From Raja brachyura (taxonomy: Eukaryota), in contig OY740785.1 of assembly GCA_963514005.1 (NCBI GenBank), forward strand, positions 67,828,001 to 67,892,000: a DNA stretch of 64,000 nucleotides, given 5' to 3'. A program made the translations under genes and the position numbers. Below the pieces are notes generated by a model that worked only from the letters and a program-made list of their open reading frames with translations, did no database searches and was not told the DNA's origin. Of this stretch, positions 50,726 through 63,784 are shown one piece after another. The number at the start of each line of letters is the position of its first letter. The stretch's first letter is position 1.

Positions 50726-52627
50726 TATACTTTTAAAACTGTGTGTGTGTGTGTCTGCCGACTGGGTGTGTGTCTTGTGGGTGTATGTCACATTCCATTT
50801 TTTTTTTCAGATAAGATTTTTGGCCTTTGATTCCATGGTCCGCCAAAACCAGACCCTAAAACGCTGTGATTTTTTCCATTTTGCTAGACATTATGCTTTT
50901 ACATTCACTAATGCACTCCTCATTACATTTAGACTTTTTTACGTATTTTAAATAAAATCATTTACATCTGCCTTTGCACCAGCCCCAGCCCCAGCCCCAA
51001 CCCTGCCCCCCCGCAGCCTGTGTCGAAGCGCATGATCACGTGTGTGAGACTAGACAAAGAGGATTGGGGGTGATAGGGAGTGGGGAATAGATGGGCTGCC
51101 CCTACCCCTCCCCTCCCACTCTACTGCCCCACTCTTTCCCCTCTCTCCTCCCACCCCTCTCCCCCTCCCCCACACCTTTCCCCCTCCCCTCCCCACTCTT
51201 CCCCCTCCCACTCTTCCCCCTTTCTCCCCTACCCCATCTCCCTCCTCCCCCTCTCCATCTCCCTCTCCTTACCCCTCTCCCCACTCCTCCTCCTACCCCC
51301 ATCCTTCTCTCCCCACCCCCTTCCGTCTCTCCCCCACCCCCTTACGTCTCTCTCCCTCCCTCTTCCCCCTAGCCCTCTGTCCCTCTTCCACCACTCCCCC
51401 TACCCCCTCCCCTCCCTCCCTACTCTTCCACTTCTCTCCCCCTTCCCCCACCCCTCTCCCTCCCCCACACTCTCTCTCTCCCTCCCTCCCTATCTCCCCC
51501 ACCCCTTCCCCCTACTCCCTCTTCCACCACTCCCCCCTCCTCTTCTCCATCCTTCTCTCCCACTTCCACCTCCCCCCTACACCTCTAAACCCTCTCCCTC
51601 CTCCCCTCCCACCCCCTCTCTCACCCCCCACCCCCCTTCACCCTCATCTCCCCTCCACCCCTTCCCTTCTCTCTTGCACCACTCCCTGCTACCCCTCTCC
51701 CCCTCACTCCCCACTCTTCCCATCTCCCTCCCCCTCCCCACCCCTCCCCTTTTTCTCTCTCTCCCCCTCCTCTCTCTCACCCTCCTCTCTCGCCCCTCCA
51801 CTCTCTCTCCACCTCTCCCCTCCCCTTCCCTCTTCTCTCCACCCCTCTCCACTAACCTCCCTTCCCCTCTCCTCTCCACTCCCGTTCCCCACTGCTCTCT
51901 ACCCCCCTCACCCACCCTCCCCACCTCCCCCCTGCCCTCCTACCCGTCTCCTCCTTTACCCTCACCACTATCCTCCCCTCCCCATCCTCATCCCCCTCTC
52001 TTTCCCTTCCCCTACCCTCTCCTCCCCCTCCCCACTCTCCCCATCTTCCCCTCCCCACTTTCTCCCCATCTCCCCCTCCCCACTCTCTCCCCATCTCCCC
52101 CTCCACCTCCTCACTCTCTCCCCATCTCCCTCTCCCCACCCTCCCCCCCCTCACTCACCCATCCTCTCCACCCCTCCACCCCCCACTCTCTCTGTCTCTT
52201 GCCCTTCTGTCTCTCTGTCTCTCCCCACTCTCTCTCTGCCCTCACTCTAACTCCCCGCCCCCCCCCCCCTCCCCCCAGACGGGCCTGCGAGTTGGGGGCT
52301 ATGCGTCAGTGGATAGGGCGGTTAGGAGCAAATTAATAATATTAATATAATATCAAGGGGGGGTAGTTAGTGTGTGTGACGCCTCATGTGACGCCTCCGC
52401 CACACACCCCACTTCCCTCCCCTCCCATACATGAAGAGGAAGGGGAGGGAGTTCTCGGGGTTGAGGGGGAATGAGCCGCGCCTGCGCAGTTAGGGTCTAT
52501 GGGTGAGTGGTGGAATATTGCGTTGGGGGAACGGTTTGCATTGGAAGAACGGGTGAGTGGTGGAATATTTTGTTGGGGGGCCAGGCCTCCTGTGTGACTG
52601 GGACCCAACGGGACCCACTGAGTCTAG
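50726..52627 (+). mobile_element. Helitron-like element, tandem unit 2
   Basis: Starts TATACTTTTAAAAC immediately after unit 1's CTAG; ends GGGACCCAACGGGACCC-ACTGAGTCTAG|T; host LINE rejoins at A|T with no TSD. Confidence 0.8.
51098..52276. repeat. Polypyrimidine (C/T) low-complexity tract
   Basis: About 1.2 kb, paralogous to the tract in unit 1. Confidence 0.95.
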
Positions 52628-54169
52628 TCAACAATAAAAATAGAGGAGGTGGAGAGGCTGTTCAGAACACAGAAAAGCCGGAAATCTCCAGGACCAGACA
52701 ATGTTTCCCCCTCTACTCTCAAGCCATGTGCCGAACAACTGGCATTTTCAATCAGTCCCTGCAAACCTGTACTGTCCCTGCCTGCTTCAAAGTCTCCACT
52801 ATTGTCCCTGTACCCAAAAAGGCAAGGATTACTGGTCTTAATGACTACAGGCCTGTCGCACTGACCTCTGTAGTCATGAAGACCCTTGAAAGACTTGCTG
52901 GCCAAGCTGAAAAATATCACAAACTCTCTGCAGTTTGCATAGCGGGGTAATAGATCTGTGGATGATGCAGTCAACCTGGGCCTGCACTTCATCCTACAGC
53001 ACCTAGACCGCCAGGGGACCTATGCGAGGATTTTGTTTGTTGATTTTAGCTCTCATTCAACACCATTGTGCCAGAGCTACTACACTCCAAACCTTCCGAG
53101 TTGACTGTGCCTGAACCCCTCTGTTGGTGGATCACACCTTCCTGATAGACAGGAAGCAGCATGTGAGGCTCGGAAAGCACATCTTAGACCCGCAAACCCT
53201 CAGCATAGGAGCACCGCAAGGCTGTGTATTCTCCCCTCTCCTCTACTCACTCTACACCAATGACTGACTCCTCTGTCCAGCTTCTCAAGTTTGCGGATGA
53301 CACAAACCTGATTGGACTGATCCAGGATGGGGAGGAATCTGCCAACAGACAGGAAGTGTCACAGCTGGCGTCCTGGTGCCATTGCAACAACCTGGAGCTC
53401 AATGCTCTTAAGACAGTGGAATTGATTGTAGACTTTAGGAGAGCTCCCCCTTCCCTCACCCCACTCACCATCAACAACACCACAGTCACATCTGTGGAGT
53501 CCTTTAAGTTCCTGGGAACCATCATCTCCAAGGACCTTAAATGGGGGGCTACCATCTATTCCACAGTCAAAAAGGCACAACAGATGATGTACTTCCTGCG
53601 GCAGCTGAGGAAGCACAATCTGCCACAGGCAATGATGGTCCAATTCTATACGGCCATTGTAGAGTCGGTCCTCACCTTCTCCATCAGGGTCTGGTTTGGC
53701 TCAGCCACCAAGCACGACATCCGGAGGCTGTAACAAATCATCCGATCAGCTGAGAAGGTTATTGACTGTAACCTTCCCTCCATTGACGAACTGTACACTG
53801 CAAGGGCCAGGAAGCGAGTGGGTAACATCATCGCTAACCCTTCTCACCTTGGCCACAAACTCTTTGAATCATTTTCCCCTGGAAGGTGACTCGGGACAGC
53901 TTTTAAAAACAGCTTTTTTCCACGAATAGTAGCTCTACTCAATAACAAAAATATGTAGCCTCCTTTTGCTCTTGAATTTTATTTAATTCACATGTTTAAT
54001 CAATAATGTTTTATTATTAGTGTTTAATGTTATATGTTTCATTCCTAACTGTCACTGTATGTCATGTCACTTGTGGGCGGAGCAACAAGGCAAATTCCTT
54101 GTATGTGTATACTTGGCCAATAAACGTATTCATTTATTCATTCAAATTTATTACATCCAACTTGTTTAT

Positions 54170-55630
54170 GTTTGTCAGAAACAACAAAGGTCCTAGCACA
54201 GATCTCTGTGGAACTCCACAGGTTATAGACTGTCAGCGAGAATAACACCCACCAATATGCTGTGTCTTCTTGGAGTAAGCCAGTTGTGAATGCAAATGAC
54301 ATGGATATGACATCTTAATCTGGATCAGCCTACCAGGAGAGACTTTATCGAATGCCATACTAAAATCCATGTAACAACATCCACTGCCATAGTCTCACGA
54401 ATCACCTTTGCCACCACCTCAAAACAAAATCTCACTGAAGTCCATTAGACATTACCTGCCGTGTACAAGCCACGCGACTCCTTAATTAGACCATTCTCAT
54501 CCAAATGAGAGCAAATCCTATTCTGAAGAATTCTCTCCAATAGCTTCCCAACCACTGACATGAGGTTCACTGACCTATAATTTTCTCAAGTATAGCTACT
54601 TCCCTTCATAAACAAAGGAACAACCTAAGCTACTCTCCAATCCTCCAGGATCTCGCATGTGAATAGAGAAGATACAAAGATCTTCAAGACTTCTGCAATC
54701 TTCTCTCTTGCCTCTCAATAAACTGGGATAGATCCCATCAGGCACTAGGGATTTATCCAATTTAATGCTCTTCAGGAGTTCTAACACCACCTCCTTTTTT
54801 ATCTCAAACTGCTCCAGCGTATTTAGTATTCTCTACACTGATCTCACTGTGGTCCATGCCCTTCTTCATGATGAATATAGGTGCAAAGTACTCATTTGGT
54901 ACCTCATCCGCAACCACTGACTCCATGCACATATTCCCTCCTTTATCTTTGAACAGCCCTACTTTCCCTGTGGTTAGCCAGAACCTTGTATTTTTTAAAC
55001 AATTATATTCCATGGCCTCTTTTGATCACTTTAGTTATTTCATGCTTGCTTTATGTTCCTTAAAGACTCCATACGATTTAATCTTTCTAAACCTGATACA
55101 CTTTCTTTTTGTTTATGACCACATTTACAACCTCAGATCATCCAAGGTTCCCTTACCTTGCATCCTTATCCTTCCTTCTTAATAGAACATGCCGATCCTG
55201 AACTCTGATCAGCTGGCCTTTAAATAATTCCCACATATCAGGTGTGGACTTACCAAATAACATCTGCTCCAAATTTACTTTCCCTACCTCCTGCCTAATA
55301 ATACTGCAATCTGTCTTACCCCAATTTAGTACCTTCTGCCAAGGTCCAGACTTGTCCTTATTCATAATTATCTATGGAGTTTATGGAGTTCTGATCACTG
55401 TTCCCTTAATACTCTTCCATTGAAACACCAGTCACCTGGCTTGTTTTCCAACACAAGGTCCAATATTATCCCTTCTCGAGTTGGACTATCCACATACTGT
55501 TTCAGGATACCCTCTTGGATATGCCTAACAAATTCTGCTCCATCTAATGCACTATGCATTCATCCATTCACTATGTCCCAGTCAGTGTCGGTGAAGTTAA
55601 AGATAACCACTATGACAAACCTGTAGCTGT
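54170..55630 (-). mobile_element. Older CR1/HER1 LINE, heavily deleted
   Basis: - strand remnants DKSLVPDGIYPSLLR, EYFAPIF, KVLNWGKTD and GVPQRSVLGPLLF. Confidence 0.8.
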
Positions 55631-56171
55631 TTAATCTTTCTACAATCCGTCTCTATCACGTCTGAAACATCATAACCCTGGAAACATGCAATCACATCTC
55701 CAGATATGAGTTCAACTTTACTTACATGTATACTGCAAACTTCCAGCTAATTATCCCATTTGGTGAGAAGCCACTTTACACTTTATTCTTTCCTGAGTTT
55801 CATATGATCTGTAAACTCAAACAAACCTGGTGAATAGAAACCTGAAGTTGCATGTGAGGAGCCAGTGGATGGTGCTGTTTCATGCTGTATTCACAGATTC
55901 ATCCATTGCAATGTATACATCTGGTGCTTTAAAACATTTGCACCATATTAGGTGCAAACTATTTCACTATAAATATTAAAGTCAATGGTAACAAATTTAA
56001 GAAAGAGAACAGCAGCCATTGTTATTTCACATTTATTGTTACCCCACCCCTCTGGCATTTTATATAGTTTAGAAACGTCACTATTTCTTTGGTTGATTTT
56101 GTTGGCATTGCTATATTTCTTGATTCTCATGGTTTCCTAATCTAAATTTTATAATTGATCACTACACCAGA

Positions 56172-56570
56172 TTAGTTTAGTTTAGGGATACCGCATGGAA
56201 TTATATTCCATGGCCTCTTTTGATCACTTTAGTTATTTCATGCCTGCTTTATGTTCCTTAAAGAGTCCATACGATTTTATCTTTCTAAACCTGATACACT
56301 TCCTTTTTGTTTATGACCACATTTACAACCTCAGACCATCCAAAGCTGTGCCGATCAGCAATCCCCACGCACAGGCACTTTCCTACATTCAATCTTTACC
56401 ACAGCCAATTAACCTACAAACCTGTACGTCTTTGGAATGCGTGAGAAAACCGGAGACAGGGAAAACCCACGGGGAAAACGTACAAACTCTGCACATACAC
56501 CACCTGTAGTCAGGATCGAACCCGGGACTCTGGCGCTAAGGCAACAACTTTACCGCTGCGCTTCCGTGAC
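56172..56570 (-). mobile_element. tRNA-derived SINE with a 145-bp templated insertion
   Basis: B box GGTTCGATCC on the - strand near 56512-56523; (CTAAA)n tail; 56199-56343 copies 55001-55145. Confidence 0.8.
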
Positions 56571-56911
56571 ACTGCTGAAGTGAATATTTAAATGTTTGAC
56601 AGATCAAAGATTGGATGTGCGCATGCAAGAGAGAGTGATAGCTTTATAATACTCCATTTATGAACCAGGCAAAAAGATTAGCAGAAGCATTGAAAACGCA
56701 AACTCTAAAGACAAATGTTTACAAATTCTCTCTCCACTAATATAGCCCTGGCCAGCTGAATACATCCAGCATTTTCTTTGTATAAGGAATCTTATAAAGT
56801 AACTGGTAGGGCATGTCATTTGAGATGACGAACTCCAAACATGTGTACGACCCTGTTGAACTTAATGCGGCATAGCTAGAGCCTGATATTGAGCATTCAT
56901 CACTTTGACCA

Positions 56912-58255
56912 TCTATACACTTACAAAACTCTCATCTTGTCCTCTTCTGGTTTTTGTTGTTTTCAAATTTGTGCAAAAACGGTACCCGATAGCGCTACGA
57001 TTTTGCACAAGTGCATCAAGTTTTGTGAAATATTACAAACGTTATTGGTCTTCTGTCTGTCATTCGCCGGGATGGCGTCGCCCCTTCCGGTACCCGCTGT
57101 CAAGTACCGGCGGCAAGAATAAAGCTGAAGGAGCGGAGCGAGCAGAGTGTGGGCTGGGGCTGTGTTCGCGGGCGGGGAGGGAGGGCTGTGTTCGCAGGCG
57201 GTGGGAGGCTGTGTTCGCGGGCGGCTGGGGCTGTGTCCGCGGATGGCGGTGGCAGAGACCACCACTACAAGCCGGGAGCCGCTGAGTGCAACAGGGGCCG
57301 GGGACGGGAGCCGCTGAATGAGTCCAGAGCTGGGTCCTGGTATTGATGGTGTGGTGAGAGCCCGGAGCCCACACACCCCCCTCCCACACCACACACATGC
57401 TCCCCACCACACACACTCCGTCCCACGTACACCCCCCCAACATACACCCCCTCCCCTACCCCCACCCCCACAACCCTCCCTCCCCGCCCACAAACCCCTC
57501 TCCCCTCCCACCCAGGCACCCATCCCCTCTCCTGCCCACACACCCATCCCCTCTCCTGCCCACACACCCATCCCCTCTCCTGCCCACACTGCTACCCCAC
57601 ACCCCCTCCTCATCACCCCCCTCCCCCCTACATGCCTACCACCCACACACCCTTTCCCTCTCCCGCCCACACCGCTCTCCCACACCTCGCCTTCCCCCAC
57701 ACCCCGCCTTACCCCACACCCCCCCTCCCCCACACCCCACCTTCCCCACACCCCCTCCCCCCCACTCCTGCCCCCACCCCCCCCCCACTCACACACCCCC
57801 ACAACCCTCCCACCCCACACCCCCTGCCACAACCCTCCCACATCACACCCCCTCGCCACAGCGGTAGGCCGCGGCAGGGGCAGGCAGGGGTAGGCAGCGG
57901 CACTGGCAGGCCATATTTTAAGAGTTATTCACATTTTAAGCTTTAATAAATCCCTTTGCCACTTGTCGTGCCCATCAGCTGCGCCTGCGCAATAATACCT
58001 GCATGTTCTACGTTACAATGGGTGAGAATAGCTGTGCTGCCGCAGAGCTGCCAATAGTGGACGGAGGGGGGGGGGGGGGGTTGAAGGGGGATGGAGTGAG
58101 TGCGTGGGGGGGAAGGGCAATGGGCAGAGTGTGGGGAGGGTGAGGGGAGGAGGGGGGATCAAGGGCGTCACAATGGGAACCTGTCAGCCGCGTCTGCACT
58201 GTGGGGGGCTATGCGCGAGTGGTGGAATATTGCATTGGGGGACCGCTTAGTCTAG
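56912..58255 (+). mobile_element. Helitron-like element with CpG-rich interior
   Basis: A|TCTATACACTTACAAAACTCTCATCTTG start; ends CTTAGTCTAG|T, no TSD; 3' hairpin partly deleted; GGCTGTGTTCGCGGGCGG minisatellite and C-rich tract inside. Confidence 0.78.
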
Positions 58256-59806
58256 TCACTTCTAAAATCCTTTACACAGTCCATACAGAAGGTTTCTTGT
58301 TTCCCTGTGCACAAGAAAGCAACAATTCTCTCTGTTCTCCATGGAAGCTGCCAGTAGTCTGCAAATTATTTTTTCTCCCATTCTGTGCCATGTCTTCTAC
58401 TAACATAGTCATCTCTAAAATGACTCTTAACTCTAACTTCTGTGGTTTCCCCAAAGTGCAGTTGAAGCCCACTGGTAAAATATTCCTCTACCATCATGTA
58501 CATTTCTGAGGGATTGTAGCCCTTAATATGGATTGACAAGACTTTTAACATAACTTATTTTGCTAATGAGGGAAATGACACAATGAATTTGCGCCTCTGG
58601 AGGATCCTCGCTCAGTTATTCCACTCCTACATTTTAAATGTACCATTAACAGTACAGGGAAGGATGGCTCTACCTTATCCATCTGACTTCTTGCCTTGGG
58701 AGGATCCTTGGTGCATATCACAGAAAATGTTGATCTATTTATGTTCTGCAAACTCTGCTGCAAGTAAACCAGACGGGAATAAATGGTATTCTCAGCTATT
58801 TCAGGAATGAATCCCCTCTATTACTTAAGGGTTGACTGTACTACTGGTTGTTCCAAAAGGTTCGGACTGGCTTCAAGCAGAGCAAAATTAGACCCTCTGC
58901 TGACAAACCAAAGCTTCAAGTGTGCATTGTTGGATGCTGAAATCAACATAATGAACAAATAGCTGATGTTCCACAGGCAGATTGCAAATCATTGAGTTAA
59001 TTTGAACTACAGTCCTCATGCCTGCTTTCTGCTCCTATCCAAATTAGTCCTCTGTGACAGTCAACTCAAAGCAACTTTATCTCCAGCCACTGACAATACT
59101 TCAGTACGAAAAATAAATTGAAGGTTATAAGATATTCATCGTGATTTGTGGGAAATAAATCAGATATTAAGTATTCTCAGAAGCAAAAAACAAAACTTAT
59201 TGTGCAAATAGAAAGCTTCAGACAGTAAAATAGCAACATTAGTTTGTTTTTTTGTCATGTATTATCTGTATTGGTTTGTATAGATTAAATTATGCATAAA
59301 TGGGCATTTCCGTACAGTTATAGTATTATCTACCTTCATTGTTAAAAAAGAAAACTATATCAACATGAACATCTACAAGGAGAACATTTGCTTGTCCATA
59401 AATATACAGAATTTTTCCAAAAAATTAGTTGAAAAAACCAAAGCCATTAAACGTATAATTAATTGTCTTCCACAAATAACAGACTATACAGATTTAAGAC
59501 AGTAGTGATTAGACGATACATTTTTAGATCAAATTACTGGCTTAAACAATGTACTAAATTATAGGCGTTTGTAGTGCACTACAGCAAAGGGCAACTGCAC
59601 TTTGCCTCACAGATATGTGCCTTATTTTTTCCTCCTGACTTTCAGTAATAACTACATGCTGCACAAGATCCACTTTACCAGCTATGAACATTTTCCTGTG
59701 CTTTCTATTTTTGTTTGGTAGGGGGGGGGGGGGATTATGGAATCCACACGTTCGTAAAAATAAAGGTAGGTAACACAAAAATATTTATTTAATTGAATCC
59801 CACAGT

Positions 59807-59812
59807 TTTATT
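59807..59812 (-). terminator. Candidate GAREM2 polyadenylation signal
   Basis: AATAAA on the - strand about 525 nt after the stop (second copy at 59784-59789), with TTTTGTGTT downstream. Confidence 0.4.
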
Positions 59813-60336
59813 AGTATGTTCTGTAAATGTTAGAAATAATTTATCCACCATTAATCTAATTCATCCTTAGTAACACAAACAGTAGTAGTTAAGTGATTAA
59901 AAAATTTTTTTTAATGGAAATTGTGTTTCAACATTCCACCGTTGAAGCACTTTAAACTTTTATGGAAACAGGCTGCGTTTGGATAAACAGAGACTGAAGG
60001 TTCCAAACTTGAAGACTATTATAGTCCCAATAAGGCAGCATTAACTGCAGTTCAACAATAATTTAACTCTTTAACTCATATTTGTACCTACTAAATTATG
60101 CAGTTAATACTTTTGATAATTTGAAGGGAAAGGGTAGCAAAGAGTCCAACAACAGATACTACAATTTGATAACACATTCTTCACAGTACATAACATAAAC
60201 TGCCAACAAATACATTGGATCATTTTAAACATCCGGAGGTGCTGTTCACAAAGTCTTCCAAATTATTAGAAGGTTCTTCTACAAGTTAAAGAGTTAAACC
60301 TTTACCCACTTAAAAAAACAAGGATTTGCCGGTAGG

Positions 60337-61348
60337 TTAAATCTTAGGTCTCCAGCCTTTGATAAACTGCATGATCTTTTTCATTTGTAGTTTGGTGAGT
60401 TTAAAATCATCAGACAGAATCTCCTCAGTCAGCTGAACGAAAATATTCCCATCAATGCGCTCACGAACGAAGAATGTCACCACATCCTCTGAAAGGCCAA
60501 TAAATCTTAGGCATCTGGAGACTTCTTCCATAGAAAGAGTAGATAGGTCAGATGGTGGGTGCCAATACAAGTCACTACCATTTAATCTGGGCATACCCGA
60601 TGTATTAGATGAAGGGAGGGAGACAGCTATCTCTGCATTACTCCGAGATGATGCTGGAGGAACTTCAATAACACCCTGGGTGAGATAGACCCTTGTTACA
60701 CCACCCTCAGCACCTCTTACAACAGTGGGAGAAAGAGACGCTGTACTTTGGATGATGATATTGTCTGAATCACAAACCTTTGGAGGCCGTGGTGGTGGGA
60801 CAGGGCAAGATATGCTCTCAGACTGCTTGTACAATGAATCCTGCACGCAGTGTCGGTATTCCTGATTGTACCTTATATCTCCGGAGACTGGATCAGGAGA
60901 AGAGCTACGGCTGACAGTAAGACCAATTGAATCAAAGTGCTCTGACGTAGCAGATGGGGATTTGTAATGATCAGAAGATTCTAACCAATCTGTTGCTGAT
61001 GGACTGGATGTGTAGGTAGAGTTGGCAAATGGATTTAATGCTCCAAAGGGTGCAAACCGCTTCTGAGAGCTCGGTGGCTTCAGTCGAGGACAACTATAAT
61101 AACTTCTGAAGGAAGTGTCTCCAGATAGTTTTGGTGTGGATCGCCCACTAATCACACTTTGAACACTATTTGAATATCCCCATGGATCCGACCAGGAAGT
61201 CTGTACATTCTGGATATTCGACGAAATATTCCCTGATAATGGACGATTGGAAGAATCTGTAGCCTTGCAGTCTCCCCAGGTGCACGGATAACAGTAAAGG
61301 GAGTACGAGTCTGGGGATGGTGAACAGCCGCCACTGCGGGTTCCAGAG
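60337..61348 (-). CDS. GAREM2: GAREM2 (GRB2-associated regulator of MAPK1 subtype 2) last coding exon
   Basis: Polypyrimidine tract plus AG acceptor at 61349-61350 on the - strand; Ser/Pro-rich ORF with PVPPPRPPK; ends in SAM domain ...EEVSRCLRFIGLSEDVVTFFVRERIDGNIFVQLTEEILSDDFKLTKLQMKKIMQFIKGWRPKI*; position convergent with HADHA favours GAREM2 over GAREM1. Confidence 0.92.
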
Positions 61349-63784
61349 CTGAAAATAGAAATAAATAAATGAAGGATACACTGGAGCCGTGGGTGGTAAT
61401 ACATATTAATCTTACAAAATAACAGTAAACACTATAACTTGTCCTGCAGAGAAGGTGGAAACTATTTTTAAAAAGCAATCAAAAATACCATGTTGTTGAG
61501 AAGTTATCAAAGCAGTTGATTTTAAGACAACTTTCCATGGTGAGTTCAAGGGGTAGATGGTAGATACTGTGCAACAACATCATGACACTCAAAGGGAAGT
61601 TAATGTGAAATTAATGATGAGATGTTGGAAACCAGCTAGCAACCTGTGGCAATTCCGTTCTTCATCATAAATTGCTGGCAATTATGGTAGGAATCTTTCA
61701 GAAAATATCAGCTCAAATTTGGGAACATAATAAATTGAGAAATTCTGTTGAATATTGATTGGGCAGAACCATAAAAATTACTTGGCTTTATTTTTGTCTT
61801 AAACTCTCCAGCTTCTGTTGATGTCAGATCTCCTCTCTCTTTAACTAATTACCAGGACATTCTGGAATTGTTTCCAAATTGGGCTTTATCCCCAGATTTC
61901 TCAACAAATCTTCACTATTGTTATGTTAAGGAGCCTTTAAACATTTGTACCAATTGTTTGTTTATTGATGGAGAGAATTATTACAGATGCATTAAGGTCT
62001 GCTGCTCATTTTTTCACACTAGTTAACCATAACAGTCTTTATCACATTAAAGGTAGACTGCCATTTCTTGGAAGAGACATTCCATTTATTAGCATCAGGT
62101 GGTAAATATCCTACAATGAAAACTATGACAGTAATTGTCAAAGATTCAAAGGTCTATACGCAGCTAAAGAAATTGCTCGTCATAATAAAGCACTTATAGG
62201 AAATAATTAATGTATGTAGCAGGAAGCGCAACTGCAGAAAATACTGGTCTTAAGCATTTTAAAATTGAATTTGTGATGTTAAGGAAAGCCCATTTGTCAT
62301 TAAATTGACCATCTGCACTTTGCATTGTGCTAAGTGACTAACTTAGTACAGTGTAATAGTGTATTATCATGAGGCATTTTCTGATTTACTACTACAATAA
62401 TTTATATTGTACATTTACTACTACAATCATTTATATTGTACATAACTGAATACAAAATGTTCTTCAACAGTGTAGGATTTGACATTCCAATAACCAATTT
62501 CTTCTTAGATTTAAAGAAGTGAATAAGATGACCTGAGATGTTGGAATACCTTTAACGTGTTGTACATATACCCATGCTGAGACGCCAGTGTCAATGACAA
62601 AGTGTGTTAATAAGGCAATAATCCCACATCTGCATTGATTTTATACAGAAAAATAGCAAGTCCCTACTTCTAAACCTGATTATTTGTTGCTGGAATCTTG
62701 CTTGAACTGATATTATTATTGGACAACTGATTTGTCATATGTGGGTCAGCCATTTGTCTGAACCTTTTGCTGAATTCATGCTCATTCTTGGGGACCTTTG
62801 CTGGTTAATCATCTGTGGCAAATCCACCTTCCTTGGGTTTCTTTGAGACAGCAGCATTTCTGCCTGCAAGACTCCAGGACACTGGAGTCCACTTTTCTAC
62901 ATATTCTAACAGCTTTTAATCAATTCCATTTAGATTGTGCATGGCCCTAATAGCAATAAATGTCAAATACATTTAGAACAGACCCAGCATGTCCATGTTA
63001 TTACAGCTATTTTTGATTAAATGAAACTTCCCCAACAGTTCAGTTAATTGGAAAATTCAACTGATCCATAAATATGAATAAACAGTGAAAATGCTAAATT
63101 ATCAAATCACAAAATTATTATCCACTAACCTACATCTTTATGTGAATCAAAAAATTAAGCTGTTGGAAAATAAATTTCAAATCTGTGGACAATAGCAAAG
63201 ATAGGCTGGAAAGTAACCTAAAAAGGTTAATATACTGCCATGATATTACTCTGTCATACCCAGATTATCTGTTCAACATAAATGTTCATATCTCTGCTAT
63301 GTAGTTGGAATGTCATCTAACCACACCCAAGATATGTTGAGAGAGATATTTCCCAGATTGATGGGGCTTATTGTACACATGTTCTCTATGCACAAATTGT
63401 GCAGGAACCTCAGACTAGGGACAGATAAATGCTGAAATGCCAATACCTTGAAAAACCTGTACGTCAAAAGGAAATTACCAGTTTAAATAACCCTTTAATT
63501 ACCGACAGTTAACCTTTCTGGCACTAAAAATAAACTATCAAAGTGTTGAGTCCCAAGTGAAAGGTTTTAAAATACTGTGTTTAACATTATTGTTATCCTC
63601 TCTGCAGTGGAAGTCAATTGATTAAATAGAGAAATGCCACTATAAATTATTTATTTTTACTGTTGACAGAATAGCTGCACCAAAGATGGTGACAAGAGGA
63701 AGTAAAAATTGGTGGGCAGGAAATGCATATATATGCAAGAATTATAATAACATATGGATTGGAGATAGACTTTTACATTAACAT

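Larger units (their letters stand above)
47790..54143 (+). mobile_element. Rex1/Babar LINE split by a tandem Helitron (48319-52627)
   Basis: Left part VWKGLQKITSYK..LNEFYCKF; right part [31 protein letters not shown]; AATAAA and (ATTC)n tail. Confidence 0.88.

Noticed and set aside
48777-52336. Long Pro/Ser/Leu-rich ORFs (309, 550, 233 and 418 aa) and their Gly/Arg/Glu-rich antisense ORFs
   Set aside because: They arise from C/T low-complexity tracts that lack stop codons and lie inside Helitron-like repeats; not genes.
56905-57946. Overlapping 100-298 aa ORFs on both strands
   Set aside because: GC-rich and C-rich repeat interior with no recognisable protein.
61349-61404. N-terminal part (MYYHPRLQ...) of the 355-aa GAREM2 ORF
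   Set aside because: Upstream of the splice acceptor and intronic; no further GAREM2 exon recognised in 61405-64000.
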